Shown: positions 52,581 to 64,000 of the stretch, piece after piece | Numbering within the stretch: position 1 is the stretch's first letter | Layout: every line of letters begins with the position of its first letter | NCBI GenBank assembly: GCA_013239625.1 | Contig: MU056050.1 | Span: 3,458,084-3,522,083 of the forward strand | Reading direction: 5' to 3' | Length of the DNA stretch: 64,000 bases | From: Lama guanicoe | Taxonomy: Eukaryota | Notes under the pieces: generated by a model | Told to the model about the DNA's origin: nothing | Databases searched by the model: none | What the model saw: the letters and a program-made list of their open reading frames with translations, nothing else | Position numbers and translations under genes: made by a program

Positions 52581-54039
52581 TTTTCAAATGGCAAAACACA
52601 TAGGAATAAATTACTTTATTAATTCACTCCATTTTGGTTAACTTATTACTCAAATTTTGTCAAAAATGGCATTATGTAAAGGAACAATAATCTTGTTTTA
52701 TTATTATTAAATCCTAGACTGCTGTGCTTAACAAAAAGGATTTCTCTCCTCATAGGCTCTGTTTTCACATTTCATAGGCTCACATTTTCATATATTTTCC
52801 TTTCTCTAAAATGACAGCCTTACTGATACATTGGTCTAAACATACCTTTAGAAATCCCTCACAGTTATATCAAAGAACTCCTGCCACCTAGTGAATAAAG
52901 AGAACACTGCTTTGACTATGGTATCAACTGCCCCACCAGGTCAAAAGTCCAAGTCTCAGAATCTGGGAAATTTCTACCCAGAACTTAAAAGTCTCACTGG
53001 GTCAAAAATGGTTAAATCTTTATCAGCTATTGTCCAATGGGTTTGTATGTTGAACTTCAATACTCATGAAAGTAACTCAAGCTTGGAATTTCTCAGGTGG
53101 AAGACATCTGGCTGGATACACCTGGAAAATGGTGTAGAGACTGAGAATGAATTAGTACAAATGGTGATCAATTACTAGAGGAACAAGTCAAAAGGATCCT
53201 ATTTATTCTCACTTTTATATTAAAATGAAGGGCAAACCAGCAGTCACTGGAAAGATGAATTCACCAGGCTAATTTAGCTCCATCTGCCTTGTACAAAAAG
53301 CTAGCTTTCCTGTACATCTAGACATGTTAGAGAGTCATTCCTCTTCCAAGGGCTGCACATAGCTGGTTACTGTGCTGAAGATCCATAAGAAGAAATATCC
53401 AAGTTTCAAGCAAATGATTTGAAATTGAGTTAAAGTAGCCCAACATAATAGTCTTACATAGCTTTTGAACAATTTTAACAATTTTCTGCACACAGAAAAT
53501 CCATGGTTTTGAAGTTCAATAGATTTAATTGATTAATTTAATACTTAATGATCATTCTTTGTATCCCACAGGTAATGGAACTGATTCAATTCAGTCATTA
53601 AGACAGATAAACATATTAGGTTGACCATCATTTTTCATTGCACATGCATGGCCTTACAACTAGATTTGAACCTGCTTTCAGTTATGGGCCAGAACTATTA
53701 GATGAATTTTACACAGTGGTTTTCTCAAACAGAGTTTAATGAAGGTCAGTGAATCAATCTCATTGATTGATCAGATGGGTTTTTTCCTCTACAATCAAGT
53801 GACTTTAGGGGTTCAGAAAGGAAGGGTTGTTCTAGTGTTGGATGCACTGAGTGTGGCACCTGAGACAACTGCTAGCCTGTCCTAGCTTTCTAATGACCAC
53901 ACCTCTCAATTTAAATTTCCCTTTATCCTTCTTTTTAAATTTTGCCCTTCCTTTTTTTTTTTCCTCGCTGCCTTATCTTTTCATCGTCTACTTGTACACA
54001 TTTACTTTCCCTGGCTCTTCTTACCACCACTCTTACCAC

Positions 54040-54490
54040 TTGGAGGCAATTTAATGTTGTGGAAACAGCATGAGCTTTGGTGTCTGACATGTTTGGGTGG
54101 TGGTAGTGATGGTGATGATGATGATGATGACTACAAACAGATATGTTTTCTGAGCACTTACTAAGAGTATGAGACAGTGAGTGCTAACTGATTTATATAC
54201 ATGTGTCATTAAATACCCACAAAATTCCTTTGATTGCAGGTGCTATTATTATCTCTATTTTATAGATGGTGAAATGAAGGTCCAGAGAAAGTTTAATTAT
54301 CTGTCCCAAGGTCATAGTGCTAGAAATTAGGGGAAGCTGGAATTCAAACTCAGCTTCTTCTGCCTCCAGGCCCTAATTCTTAACCACAATGCTTAACCGA
54401 GTTAACCTCTCTGAGCTTCGGTTTATTCAACTGTAAAACAAGGATGATAATATATACCTATGCATAATGTTTTTATGGAGATCAAGTGCA
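54040..54490. mobile_element. Minus-strand MIR (about 54130-54395) nested inside a plus-strand MIR, with (GAT)n at about 54105-54131
   Basis: Plus MIR start gaggcaatttaatgttgtggaaacagcatgagctttgg; minus core ctattttatagatggtgaaatgaaggtccagaga; the plus copy resumes at gttaacctctctgagcttcggtttattcaactgtaaaac. Confidence 0.75.
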
Positions 54491-56259
54491 CAAATGGTGG
54501 CTGCTTTTCTCTACCATTTTTCCCTCTCCATTTCTCAGGAACCCAAGAGAATGTTCCATTCTTCAGGTATCACTGAGAACTTATTTTTGTTAAACTCAAG
54601 TGGAGCCCGAACATTCTTGGACTGACTGCCCCAGAATTCTTTAGAACAGTCTCCCCGACCACCTTGCCCCTGCTTTCACGGTTCCAAGTTATACTCTCTG
54701 GTTCATTGCTGTGACATCAAGATAATCCTTAATGCATACACAATAGCATAAGGCCATCAAGAGTAATTAGCAGTTTATTAAGCATCCCTTAAAGACCTTG
54801 CCTCCTCCCCTCTCACTCACCCAAGGGCTTATGTTTGTCTTTATTCCAGAAAGCGCACCACTATCTGTTTATAAAATCACAGTTGACACTAGAAAGAAAT
54901 AGTATCATTGTCTGAGCTGAAACCAATGTAGTAGCCAATGTGCATCAAACTAAATGATGACTAGAGGTCCTAGGTGAATATTTAAAAATAAATAAAAATT
55001 GAAAAAAAAGTTTTAAAACAGGGACTAATTTGGTACTCATCACTGTAACTTACCAGATTCACTGATCACCTGGAATTTACCAATTTCAGACCCCTTTCTG
55101 GGAAATCTACTATCCTTTGGGACTAAGAGATTGGAAAAAAGTTCTATTCAGATGCCAATTGGTTTCCTCTGTTCTAAATGTTGAAAGCTGCTGTGAGGAA
55201 AGTCAGCCTATGTCCTGTGTTTCATTGCCAAGGAAGAGGGAATTCTAGGAAAAGGTCCAGATACACTGCAACCCTGAGATACTAGATATCACTTGACCTT
55301 CAAACAAATGTTTATTCATACTAATGTGGTCTCAAAGGTAAAATTACAAGAGCTCACTTCAGAATACCAGTCTGTGTGGCAATACCCAGCATCCGTAGCA
55401 GCCTGTCTCACCTGAGGAAGCAGCCCAAACCAGTATTCCTAAGCCAGATATATCAGAAAAAGTTGCTTAAAATCAGGGCAAGGGAAGGAATGTAGATCCG
55501 CATCATGGCTGTGTTATTAAGTAGACATGCCTGCCTGTTTTGAATCTGGGCCAAACTCTATCACCTGTTTCTTCTTGCCTGACATGAATGTGCTTGGACT
55601 CCACTCCTGCCTGTACCCTCTTGCTGTGCTTGATCCTCTGAATGCAGTTTTATCTCCCATCTACACAAACTAACCAGGCTTCTATTTGTGTCCCTATCAT
55701 GGCTGGACTTCCTGTATCACCTCCCAGTTCCCCAAATTCCCAGTTGTGGCACAGGTCCTCTGGTTTGGACTGACACCCTAACCCCACGTTTGCTCACCAA
55801 GATCATGTATCATCTTGTCCTTCTGCATAGGATCCACAAAACCTGGCACTTATTCTTAAACTTGAACACTCAGAGGGCAGAAAATGTGTCTCTGTAATTC
55901 TCTTGGCATAGCACACATGCAGTTATGTGCTTTTTGATTATGATAACTGAATGTGCTCAAAAGTTCTCATAATGGAAACAAATTAAGTCCCTTCACAATG
56001 AAATTTATGAAGACTTAGCAGATTAATACTACCCCAGAGTAGTGGATGAAAATGCCTTTTCACCACTAGTAGAAATGAATCACCCTCAACTAACAGGACA
56101 ATCTCTTTAAGAACAGGTAGAAGAGGAAAGTAAATGGGGAAGGAGAAGCAGAAAAGGCCCTGTCTGAATAGCAAAGGCCACACAGAGACCTGCAGAAGCC
56201 AAACAAGAATCTGACGAATTTACCCACTGCCTTCAACATTCTTTATCTAGATTCATTTC

Positions 56260-56348
56260 AGATAGTACGATGTCTTTTAATAGCATGTTGTTTAATCTCC
56301 ATGCTTTCCTTTTTTTCTCTGTTTCTCTGTAGATAGTACAATGTCTTT
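56260..56348 (-). mobile_element. 53-bp internal L1 ORF2 fragment (56278-56330) flanked by an 18-bp direct repeat
   Basis: agatagtac(g/a)atgtcttt at 56260-56277 and 56331-56348. The insert on the minus strand encodes RETEKKRKAWRLNNMLL, the L1 ORF2 WRLNNMLL motif. Confidence 0.85.
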
Positions 56349-57509
56349 AGAAAGATCAGGAGAGAAAATGGTGTTGTGTGGGTATTCTATGAACATGACT
56401 ACAAAGTGTTTTTTATCACTGAAAGTTGCTGGGTTTCCTCCTTAACACAACTTTTCTCAAAGCCTAAATTATATCATGTTCAGAGTAAAAAGAAGATCAT
56501 TCTATATGTGTGATCTGTGTTTTAGCTTCCTAGGGATCTAGCCATTTCTAACACAGTCCTGTAAAGCATTGTTGCTCTCAAATGTTTTGGAGCAATGATT
56601 GAAAGCAATTGGATAGGACATTTAAAAAATAAAGTTCTCATTACAATGGTAATCGGTTATATGTAGGATTTTAGATTAACTGGATGACTACTAAATGATG
56701 TATATAAAACCCTGGGGCTAATTATCTTTTCTTTCCCCTCTGAAATTTTACCAACACCAAAAATGAGGTAAAGCATGTGTTTCTCTAAGCTTAGCATTAC
56801 ATTAATAAGAGTTCTACAAGTGAAGCTACCCAGAAGAGCAATCCAAGGAAACTCTCGAATGAAGTTATCAACATTGCAATAGATGTTAGTCATCTTCTAG
56901 TTTCTACTTTTCAAGGAGATTCAAAAGATCACTGAGAGAAGGATGTGGAGAAGCACTTGTCCCTGATCTTCGGGAGAGTTCAACTCTATAGAATTCCTAT
57001 ATTCTTCTCCATAAAAGTGATTCATAAAATGTAAAACTAAATGCAATTTAATTTTTATGCCTCCATAAGTCTTATCCTATAAATCAGATTACAAATCTGA
57101 AGAAAAAATTCTTTGTCAGACCATGTGTCCTGATCTTTGGTTTGGAATATGTGAGAATCATAGGGCCAGGTGAGTAGACATAAATGCTGCTCTTACAATA
57201 TTTTAAAGGTTTGTGATGCTAGAACACAACTGATTCAATTTGGTTGAGGTTAGTTTATATTTTTGTGGTTATTCTCTGGACTTTTGGGATGGGAAGACAG
57301 GACACTAAAAAAAATCTAAGTTGAGAAACAAGGTTCTTTTTTAATGACAGCCTCCATTTAATTGGTGAGCCTAAACACTGAATGGTAGGACTCATTTTCT
57401 AGCCCTGTTGGAACAGGAAAGGCTTCTGAGGGAGGCAACCAAGTTAAATATTGAACAGGGAAGAGAGACTGCCAAGGTCCTATAAGTTCAAAAACCATTC
57501 CTAGTATCA

Positions 57510-57760
57510 CTGTTATTAATTTTTCTTGAACACTTACTATGTGCTCTTTATTATTTTGATATATGCTTTCACTTGCATCATCTCCTTTAATCCTTAAAAC
57601 AGCCCTAAGAGGTTGGTTCTATTATTTGATCTACTTTACAGAAGAAAAACTTGAAATTCAGGGAGGTTAATTTACTTGCTACAGGTCACATAGGCGACAA
57701 GTAGAAAAGGCAGGGTTCAAACCTTTCCCAGGACTACCCAATTCTAAAACCCAATTTTAC
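57510..57760 (-). mobile_element. MIR
   Basis: cacttactatgtgc...tttaatccttaaaacagccctaagagg...tttacagaagaaaaacttgaaattcagggagg. Confidence 0.8.
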
Positions 57761-57879
57761 CAATATGTCAAAAATGACTAGGAAACAAGTCAGCTGAACA
57801 TAGAAACATGTTCAAATCAGAAGTTGCATTTGTTTGTTTGTCTTATTTTAAATAGGGCAGGGTTCTCAAAGTATTAGAA

Positions 57880-58140
57880 AAGTATAAAGCAGAAAAGAAA
57901 TGTGGGCCTTGGAGTCAGACAAACTTGACTTCATAATTCAGTGCTTGGAAAAACTAGCTATGTGACCGAGAGTTGGTCATCTGACTTGGCCAAGAAACAC
58001 TTCCCTCATTTATAAGTGAAATGATAGTGATACCTGCCTTATCAGATCATTGAGAGAATTAAATGAGATAATATATGTAAAGTGCCTGCCAGTTCCTGGC
58101 ACCTAATATACACTCAATAAGTAGTCTAAGTGGTATTGAT
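57880..58140 (+). mobile_element. MIR
   Basis: gggccttggagtcagacaaac...ctagctatgtgacc...gaattaaatgagataatatatgtaaagtgcctg. Confidence 0.8.
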
Positions 58141-59424
58141 TATTATTGTGTATGGAGTCTTAGTGGCCTGCAAAGACCTTTCAAGTGGTGTCTGGGCTGG
58201 TTCAATATCCAGGTCACACAAAACTGTGGGTTTTAAAAGTGTCATTTTGACCACTTTAAAAAGCAATAAAAACATTTTAAAATGAGGCCCAGTAAATAAT
58301 AGATCTTTACCCAAGCAACAGCACAATCCTTTTTTTCTCTTTTTAATGTGCGGTACTAAGAGTGGAAAGAGTAAAATAAATGGTGTCTTTTGCCTCCAAG
58401 TGGTCTCTGGCATAAAATCTGAAAATGTTTGGGAGGGAGACAGACATAATGCATGAGCCAAAGGCAAATCTTATTTCGTTCCTTAAGTTTTAAATCCTTT
58501 TTTAGGCTTCAAGAACACTAATAATCATCAAATGCAAAACAAAAAGTCTTTTCCTTCTAAGATCATGTCAACCAGCCCCCTGGCTCCCAGCACACTTGCC
58601 TGCGAACCATGCTGAACAGATGGCCATCGATTCCCCAGCCTTCTTTAGTAATTTGTGCAAATGTTTGGCAACCTTCTCTGTCAGGAAGTGCTTCCTCATA
58701 TTGGAGTCTAGAATAGTTACTCCCCACCTCCCATAGATTATTTGGTGCCACATTTATTTTTAAAAAGAGATTTTCTAAGGGGAGGTTATTAAGGTGTGTT
58801 TAATTACAGCTTCTACCTTTCACTGTCATGAAAACATAGAACTCATGATTAATAACTCGAAGAGATTTCTTCATACCAAAGCCCTGTCCTTGCCAATTTT
58901 AAATCACACATAGTATCCTATTTTTATCTGTCTCTGTGTTAGAGTCCAGAAACTTAATCAGTTTTTTCATTGCCCTTCCCGCCGTAGGTCTTCTCATAAT
59001 CTCATGCATTGAGATGGAAAGAACAATGTTCCTAAATTCAGTTTAATAAACACCTTCAGGATGTAAGTATTAAAAATCATTAAATGCTGCTCCTGGTATA
59101 AAGAAATGGTACTACTGACACACCTCAGGGAGAGAGCATTGGGCTCAATTTTTTTTTTTTTGCAGTAGCAGAGATGGATTTCAGTGGATCAGTAAGTATT
59201 TTTCCCAAGGGAAGATATTTGTAAGCTACATGTTTAAGATTTGGGAAGCAAGGCTAGAAGAAGCAAAGAAAGCAAAATGAATTTAATAGAACATGGCTTG
59301 CTTCAGCACATAAATCTCCAATCTTCACTCTATATGACTAACCTTCTTCTCCCATTACCTTGGCCTCTCATTGTCTTTTGGGGTTCATTTCCACTCATTT
59401 AAAAAGATTAAGTGTGGACATGTG

Positions 59425-59720
59425 ACAATATGGTTGATGGATGCATCTCTCAAACACAATATTGAAAGAGTACAAACTGTGATTCCATTTATACAAAGTT
59501 AAAATGGGCAAAACTAAAGTATGCTGTTAGAAGACAAGATGGTGGTTAACGTTGAAGGGATAGTGACTGGAAGAAGGCAAGAGGGGAACTTCCAGGGTAT
59601 TGGGGATATTCAGTTTCTTGATCTGTGTGTTGGCTACATGGGTACATTTATGTATGAGAAATCATCAGCCTGCACACTTATAAGGGAACTTTTCTATATT
59701 TATATTAAACTTTGATATAT
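59425..59720 (+). mobile_element. Old L1 (L1ME-like) 3' UTR
   Basis: ggatgcatctctcaaacacaatattga...gattccatttatacaaag...ggcaaaactaaagtatgctgttagaagacaagat. Confidence 0.8.
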
Positions 59721-59924
59721 ATCATTTTTAAAAAGTAGCTATGAAGACTTTCCATGTAGTATGATTTGCCCAAATCCCTCAACCCTTTCTCCATGGATGA
59801 CACTAATACTAATCAAGTGGACATGAGACACAGCCAGTGTGGCAATAGGCTTCTTATATGTTTTCTAAAGTGAAACAATGACTTATGTGGTTCTTTTGCA
59901 ATCATAGGTGATAGTGTTCCACTG

Positions 59925-60090
59925 CTTTCTTCATTCATCCATCCATCAAATACTTACTGAGCCCATTTTATATGCTAGGCACTGTACAAAGCACTGGGGA
60001 TACTGTTGGTGACTGACATAGATACAGTCCTTGCCCTGTGAGAGCTTACAGTCTGATAAGGAAAACATTCAATAAAGCAAAATATAGTCA
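59925..60090 (-). mobile_element. L2 3' end
   Basis: tcattcatccatccatcaaatacttactgagccc...ctaggcactgtacaaagcactgggga...gtccttgccctgtgagagcttacagtct. Confidence 0.85.
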
Positions 60091-63000
60091 ATAGTCAAGC
60101 CTGGTCTGCAGTTCTACTTGAGTCTGACTCTTCCACATTTCTAGTCATCTTGTTCTAGTACAGTTATAACCATAAGGCTTCAGGTCATTCTAACATGGAT
60201 CAGAATTGCCATCTGAAAACACAACCGATCTAAACTGTATTAGTGTAGGCATACGCTGCCCAAACACAGTTATGAACAAACTTTTATAAAGGAAACAGCA
60301 GTGGGGTTTTGGATTCACCAGACCAACAGTATGCAAGAGCCCTTTGGAAATAGTATGTAGGCCCCCAAACTGGCTCGCCAAGAGAATATCTGTTAATGAT
60401 CAGTAATCCTTGGCAGGGTCTACAAAGGAGAAAAATGAGATAAAAGAACATGGACACTAAAGACAGTTCAGGTAGGAATCATCATCATGGGATATATACA
60501 CAAGCAAAAGCAAAATATGTAAAAAATACTTAATCTCAGAAAGAGACAGAGTCAAACTGAGTGTTTTTCAGGCCAGAAAGGCTATCTCAGAGGGTCCTTC
60601 TGAAACTGAACAAACTGATTGTTTTTCAAGTTGCCCTGAGTGTGTATGACTATTAATAATATGATTAGACTCAGAGTCAGAGATAAATGGGTTCCCAACA
60701 GAGCAAGAGTATGTATCTCCACTGTACACAGTTTTCCAATGCTTTTTTTTTATTCAGCCTCGAACCGACTCTCTAATTTTATTTAAAGGAAAGGTTGCTA
60801 TTCCTGAATGTGTAATGATATCAGAGCATAAAAGATTTCCTGCTATAGACTCAGCTGGGATTTTACTCTAATATTATTAACTTAAATGAAAATTTTCTTG
60901 AGCAAATCTGATCTTATTTCTATATTGTCAAGATTGACAATAGCTTATATGTCTTCTAACATGGAAACTAATGTTAGCTACTAAGTAAAAGTAGTGCAAC
61001 CATTTGTAACTTCCCTTTAAAGTATCTATCACCAAAATACCTACAGGCTAACACAGAGGTATTAGAAATTTGAAACTCTGTCAAAGAGAATTTAACTATT
61101 CTCTACACAAAGCACATAACACTCTAGAATATGAAACAAGAAATTTTCTAATACTGTGATGATTAATCCCAAGAAGAAAATAAAAATTAGAAAAAAGTCA
61201 TGTCTTCTTGGAAAAGAGACATAGCATTTACTTCTCCCTTTACATTATCTAAAATATCAATTGCAGATTTGGGAAGAAAATAGTGAATCTAGAAGTTAAT
61301 TTTCCTAGACTATGAAATTAAACACTTGGATGTGTTAAAAACATGGGGACAATTTATAGAGTTTTATTTGTGATAGTTATTTTTGATGTCTCATTGACAG
61401 CAAGTAATTTTTAGCCATAACGCAAATCCTTTAATTTAAGAGAGCAAGAAGTAACTAAATTCCTTAAAGCAGGAAGATTTTGAAATGTTTTTGTTCCCTG
61501 GTAAGCACAGAATGGTGTGTTAGTAAATCCAAATGCACACAATGTCTGAGGATCATTCTGGTGATAACTTTTGGTCAAATTTATTAGCATTGTTAGTGAT
61601 CCTGGGTCATTTATAAGTATAAAACTAGGAAAACTAACCTTTCAATAAATCCAAAGATGTGGTTCAATTTTTACATTGTGTTCCTCACTTATACATTAAT
61701 ACTTGTTCTGATAATATATAAAATTTAAACACTGCATAATACAGTTACATTCATAATCACAGCTTACACCATAAAACTAAAATGAGAAAAAAAAAAAGGC
61801 CTGGAATAAATGTCACCCTATCTCCTGTACTGCCAATACTGGGCTTCTAATTCCTGTCACCATCCAAAACAATCAGGAAAAACTTGAAATCAAGTCATGT
61901 GCTGCCTAGAACATATGCCATTTGCTATCCAATGTAAAAGTTAGGCAGTCAAAGGATAAGAGGTAAGAAGAGAACAGCTAAGCTCTTCACTTCAATTTTG
62001 TTCAGCAATAACTCTCCTTCCTTCTCTGCAACTCAACATGTCAATCATCTTTACTAAGTTAGGACTTTGACCAGAAAGACTCAACCAAATTCCCCAAACA
62101 ACTAACACCACCATAGAAGCACATGAGCATCACATCTGAGAAGTAAAGTGATGAATATCTATGCAGGCAAGAACTGTCTTACTCGTAGGACCTATCGTAG
62201 ACCTGGCACATAATAGGTACTCACAAATATTTCAGGAATGAATGAGTGAAATGAAGATATGTCCAAGGTCTTCTTTCCCATTTTCCATTTTGCCCTAACT
62301 ATTCATTTAAGCCCCATCTCCCACAGAAAATCTGGGCCTGATTTCTTCTTTGAAACTACAAGCATTTCACTGCAGCCAGAACATGTGGTTTCCCCTATGG
62401 ACTTCATAGCCATGGGACTGACTTGTACTAGAGCATGGAGTATTCTTCTTTTCAATTACGTTCTGCATTAGTCCTCATTGTTTAAATATGATGATTGATA
62501 CATCACTACAAATACTGGAAATCATTAAAGCTGTAACCAGATTTCCTCACAAAAATTTCAAATAAATCTAACTGATGTCTCCAATTTCTACAATTTACCA
62601 ACAATTAAAATGCACCTGAAAATTACAACTTGGCCTTAAGCTCTACAATTGTTATAGATTCTTAGTTTTGTAAAATGTAACCCTTTATTTATTTAGCAAA
62701 GCTACATTATGTGCAACATTAATATTAATAAAACAAGTCATCTCATTTATCTTTATTAACAAGACTGTCACTTCATAAATTTTCAACTAACACTCAGTGA
62801 CTTTTTATATTTGAATGCAAAAAAGACAAATTAAAATTCTTCATCCATTTCACTTCCACTGAGGGAAATCAAGCAGAAAACACTAAGAACAAATGTCCTC
62901 TTGGAGCTGAGAACTCGAGTCTGGTTTGATTAAGATTGGGTTCACCAGCATAGGATAAAGTTAAATATTTACAACTTTCTTTACAGCTTTCTAACATTCT

Positions 63001-63651
63001 TAATCATGAAAACCATATTGATTCAGGACACTATGATAGCAAAACTAACTAGAACACTGTCCCTTTTCAGAAAGAGATTTTATACCTTTTAATTGGCACA
63101 AATGATCAGCAAAATTTAGTAGGTAACATATATGAATTTTATGCAAACATGAGGTCAATATGTCAACAAAGAGGTATAAAGATCAATTCAAAAAAATATT
63201 TCTGAGGTAGAACCAATCATAATTAGGGGCCAACTAGATAGGGAATGAGAGAGTTAATGGTAAATAGACAAGGGTAGAGTTAACTGACAGTTCTTTTCAT
63301 ATTAATAAGGAAAACCTATTCACATTTTATGTTAGTGTAACACATATTTAATGAGGCATTAAAAAAAAGTTAAAGGGTTCATGATTAGCAAGCCAGACCT
63401 TTCTCATCCATGCTTTGTTTTTGCCTCCCAATTACCCTAAACATGCCATAATTGAATTTGGTTGATTTCTAACCATTTCTTCGATATATTAAAGTCACTT
63501 TTGAATTCTAAGCCCATCTACCAAGAATCTAACCATAGCCCCTAATAGTTTCCACTAGCTTCTCTCAGGCCAATCTTTCCCCCTTCACCTAAACACAGAT
63601 TCATCAAATTTCTTCAAGATTTTCTTGTTTCAAATAGGCTGAAAGAAAAAA

Positions 63652-63755
63652 ATTTATATATAAAATCTACACCATATACAGTAAATATTTATTAATATAT
63701 ATAACAACATATATATATATGTATATTACACAATACATATACAGACAGAGAGAGC
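63652..63755. repeat. TA-rich low-complexity tract
   Basis: ttatatataaaa...ttaatatatataacaacatatatatatatgtatatt...acagacagagagagc. Confidence 0.7.
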
Positions 63756-64000
63756 ATTTCATTTCAAGCTTCAGTTTTTCTGATTTTACTCCTATAAGCT
63801 TCCACAACTCTAATCACAGGCACACATGCTTCATGGGAGTTTAAAGATTCTTTTCATGTTTGATCCAACATTACTTTCTAGTTATAAAAATTAGTTGAGC
63901 CATAATAGACTCTCTGTTTAAATCTATAACACTCTAATGTTATACTTAGACTTTAAAATATACTTTTTCACTCCCACTAATTCTGTTCTTCAACCTCAGT

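Larger units (their letters stand above)
1..64000 (-). other. Large intron of a minus-strand gene (probably the STK3 last intron, split by the microexon)
   Basis: No recognisable constitutive coding exon in 64 kb, and the only strong exon signal is on the minus strand. Inference. Confidence 0.5.

Noticed and set aside
57510..58140. Inverted MIR pair as a possible dsRNA or editing substrate (also 30870-31180)
   Set aside because: The copies look too diverged to form a stable long duplex.
1..64000. tRNA, rRNA, snoRNA or miRNA genes, CRISPR arrays, prokaryotic defence or operon systems
   Set aside because: None recognisable by eye in this mammalian intronic sequence. Small RNA genes cannot be fully excluded without an Infernal/Rfam scan.

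Overview
This is mammalian genomic DNA: AT-rich, CpG-depleted and almost entirely non-coding. It is dense in old interspersed repeats (MIR, L2, L3/CR1, L1M*, MER/Tigger/hAT DNA transposons, MLT/ERV LTRs). I saw no Alu, B1/B2, Bov-tA/Bov-A2, PRE-1, CAN or ERE SINEs, and the youngest L1s look cetartiodactyl-type, so a camelid source is my tentative guess. The ORF track contains no intact gene; its ORFs are chance ORFs or L1 ORF2 remnants. The window reads as one very large intron of a minus-strand gene. The one convincing exon is a 30-nt, frame-preserving microexon at 4338-4367 (-), encoding VHFMIGYNSK, with textbook splice sites and an upstream UGC motif. From memory (not verifiable here) it fits the long last intron of STK3/MST2, at the start of the SARAH domain. 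Other highlights not shown in the ORF track: a decayed copy of the RANBP2 C-terminal cyclophilin domain with a short A tail (36336-36699); a 53-bp tailless internal L1 ORF2 insertion with an 18-bp target-site duplication (56260-56348); a candidate poison exon (543-741); two small CpG-rich patches; and repeat-free blocks rich in developmental transcription-factor motifs that may be long-range enhancers. I found no prokaryotic-type system, RNA gene or CRISPR array. Repeat names and boundaries were assigned by eye and are approximate.
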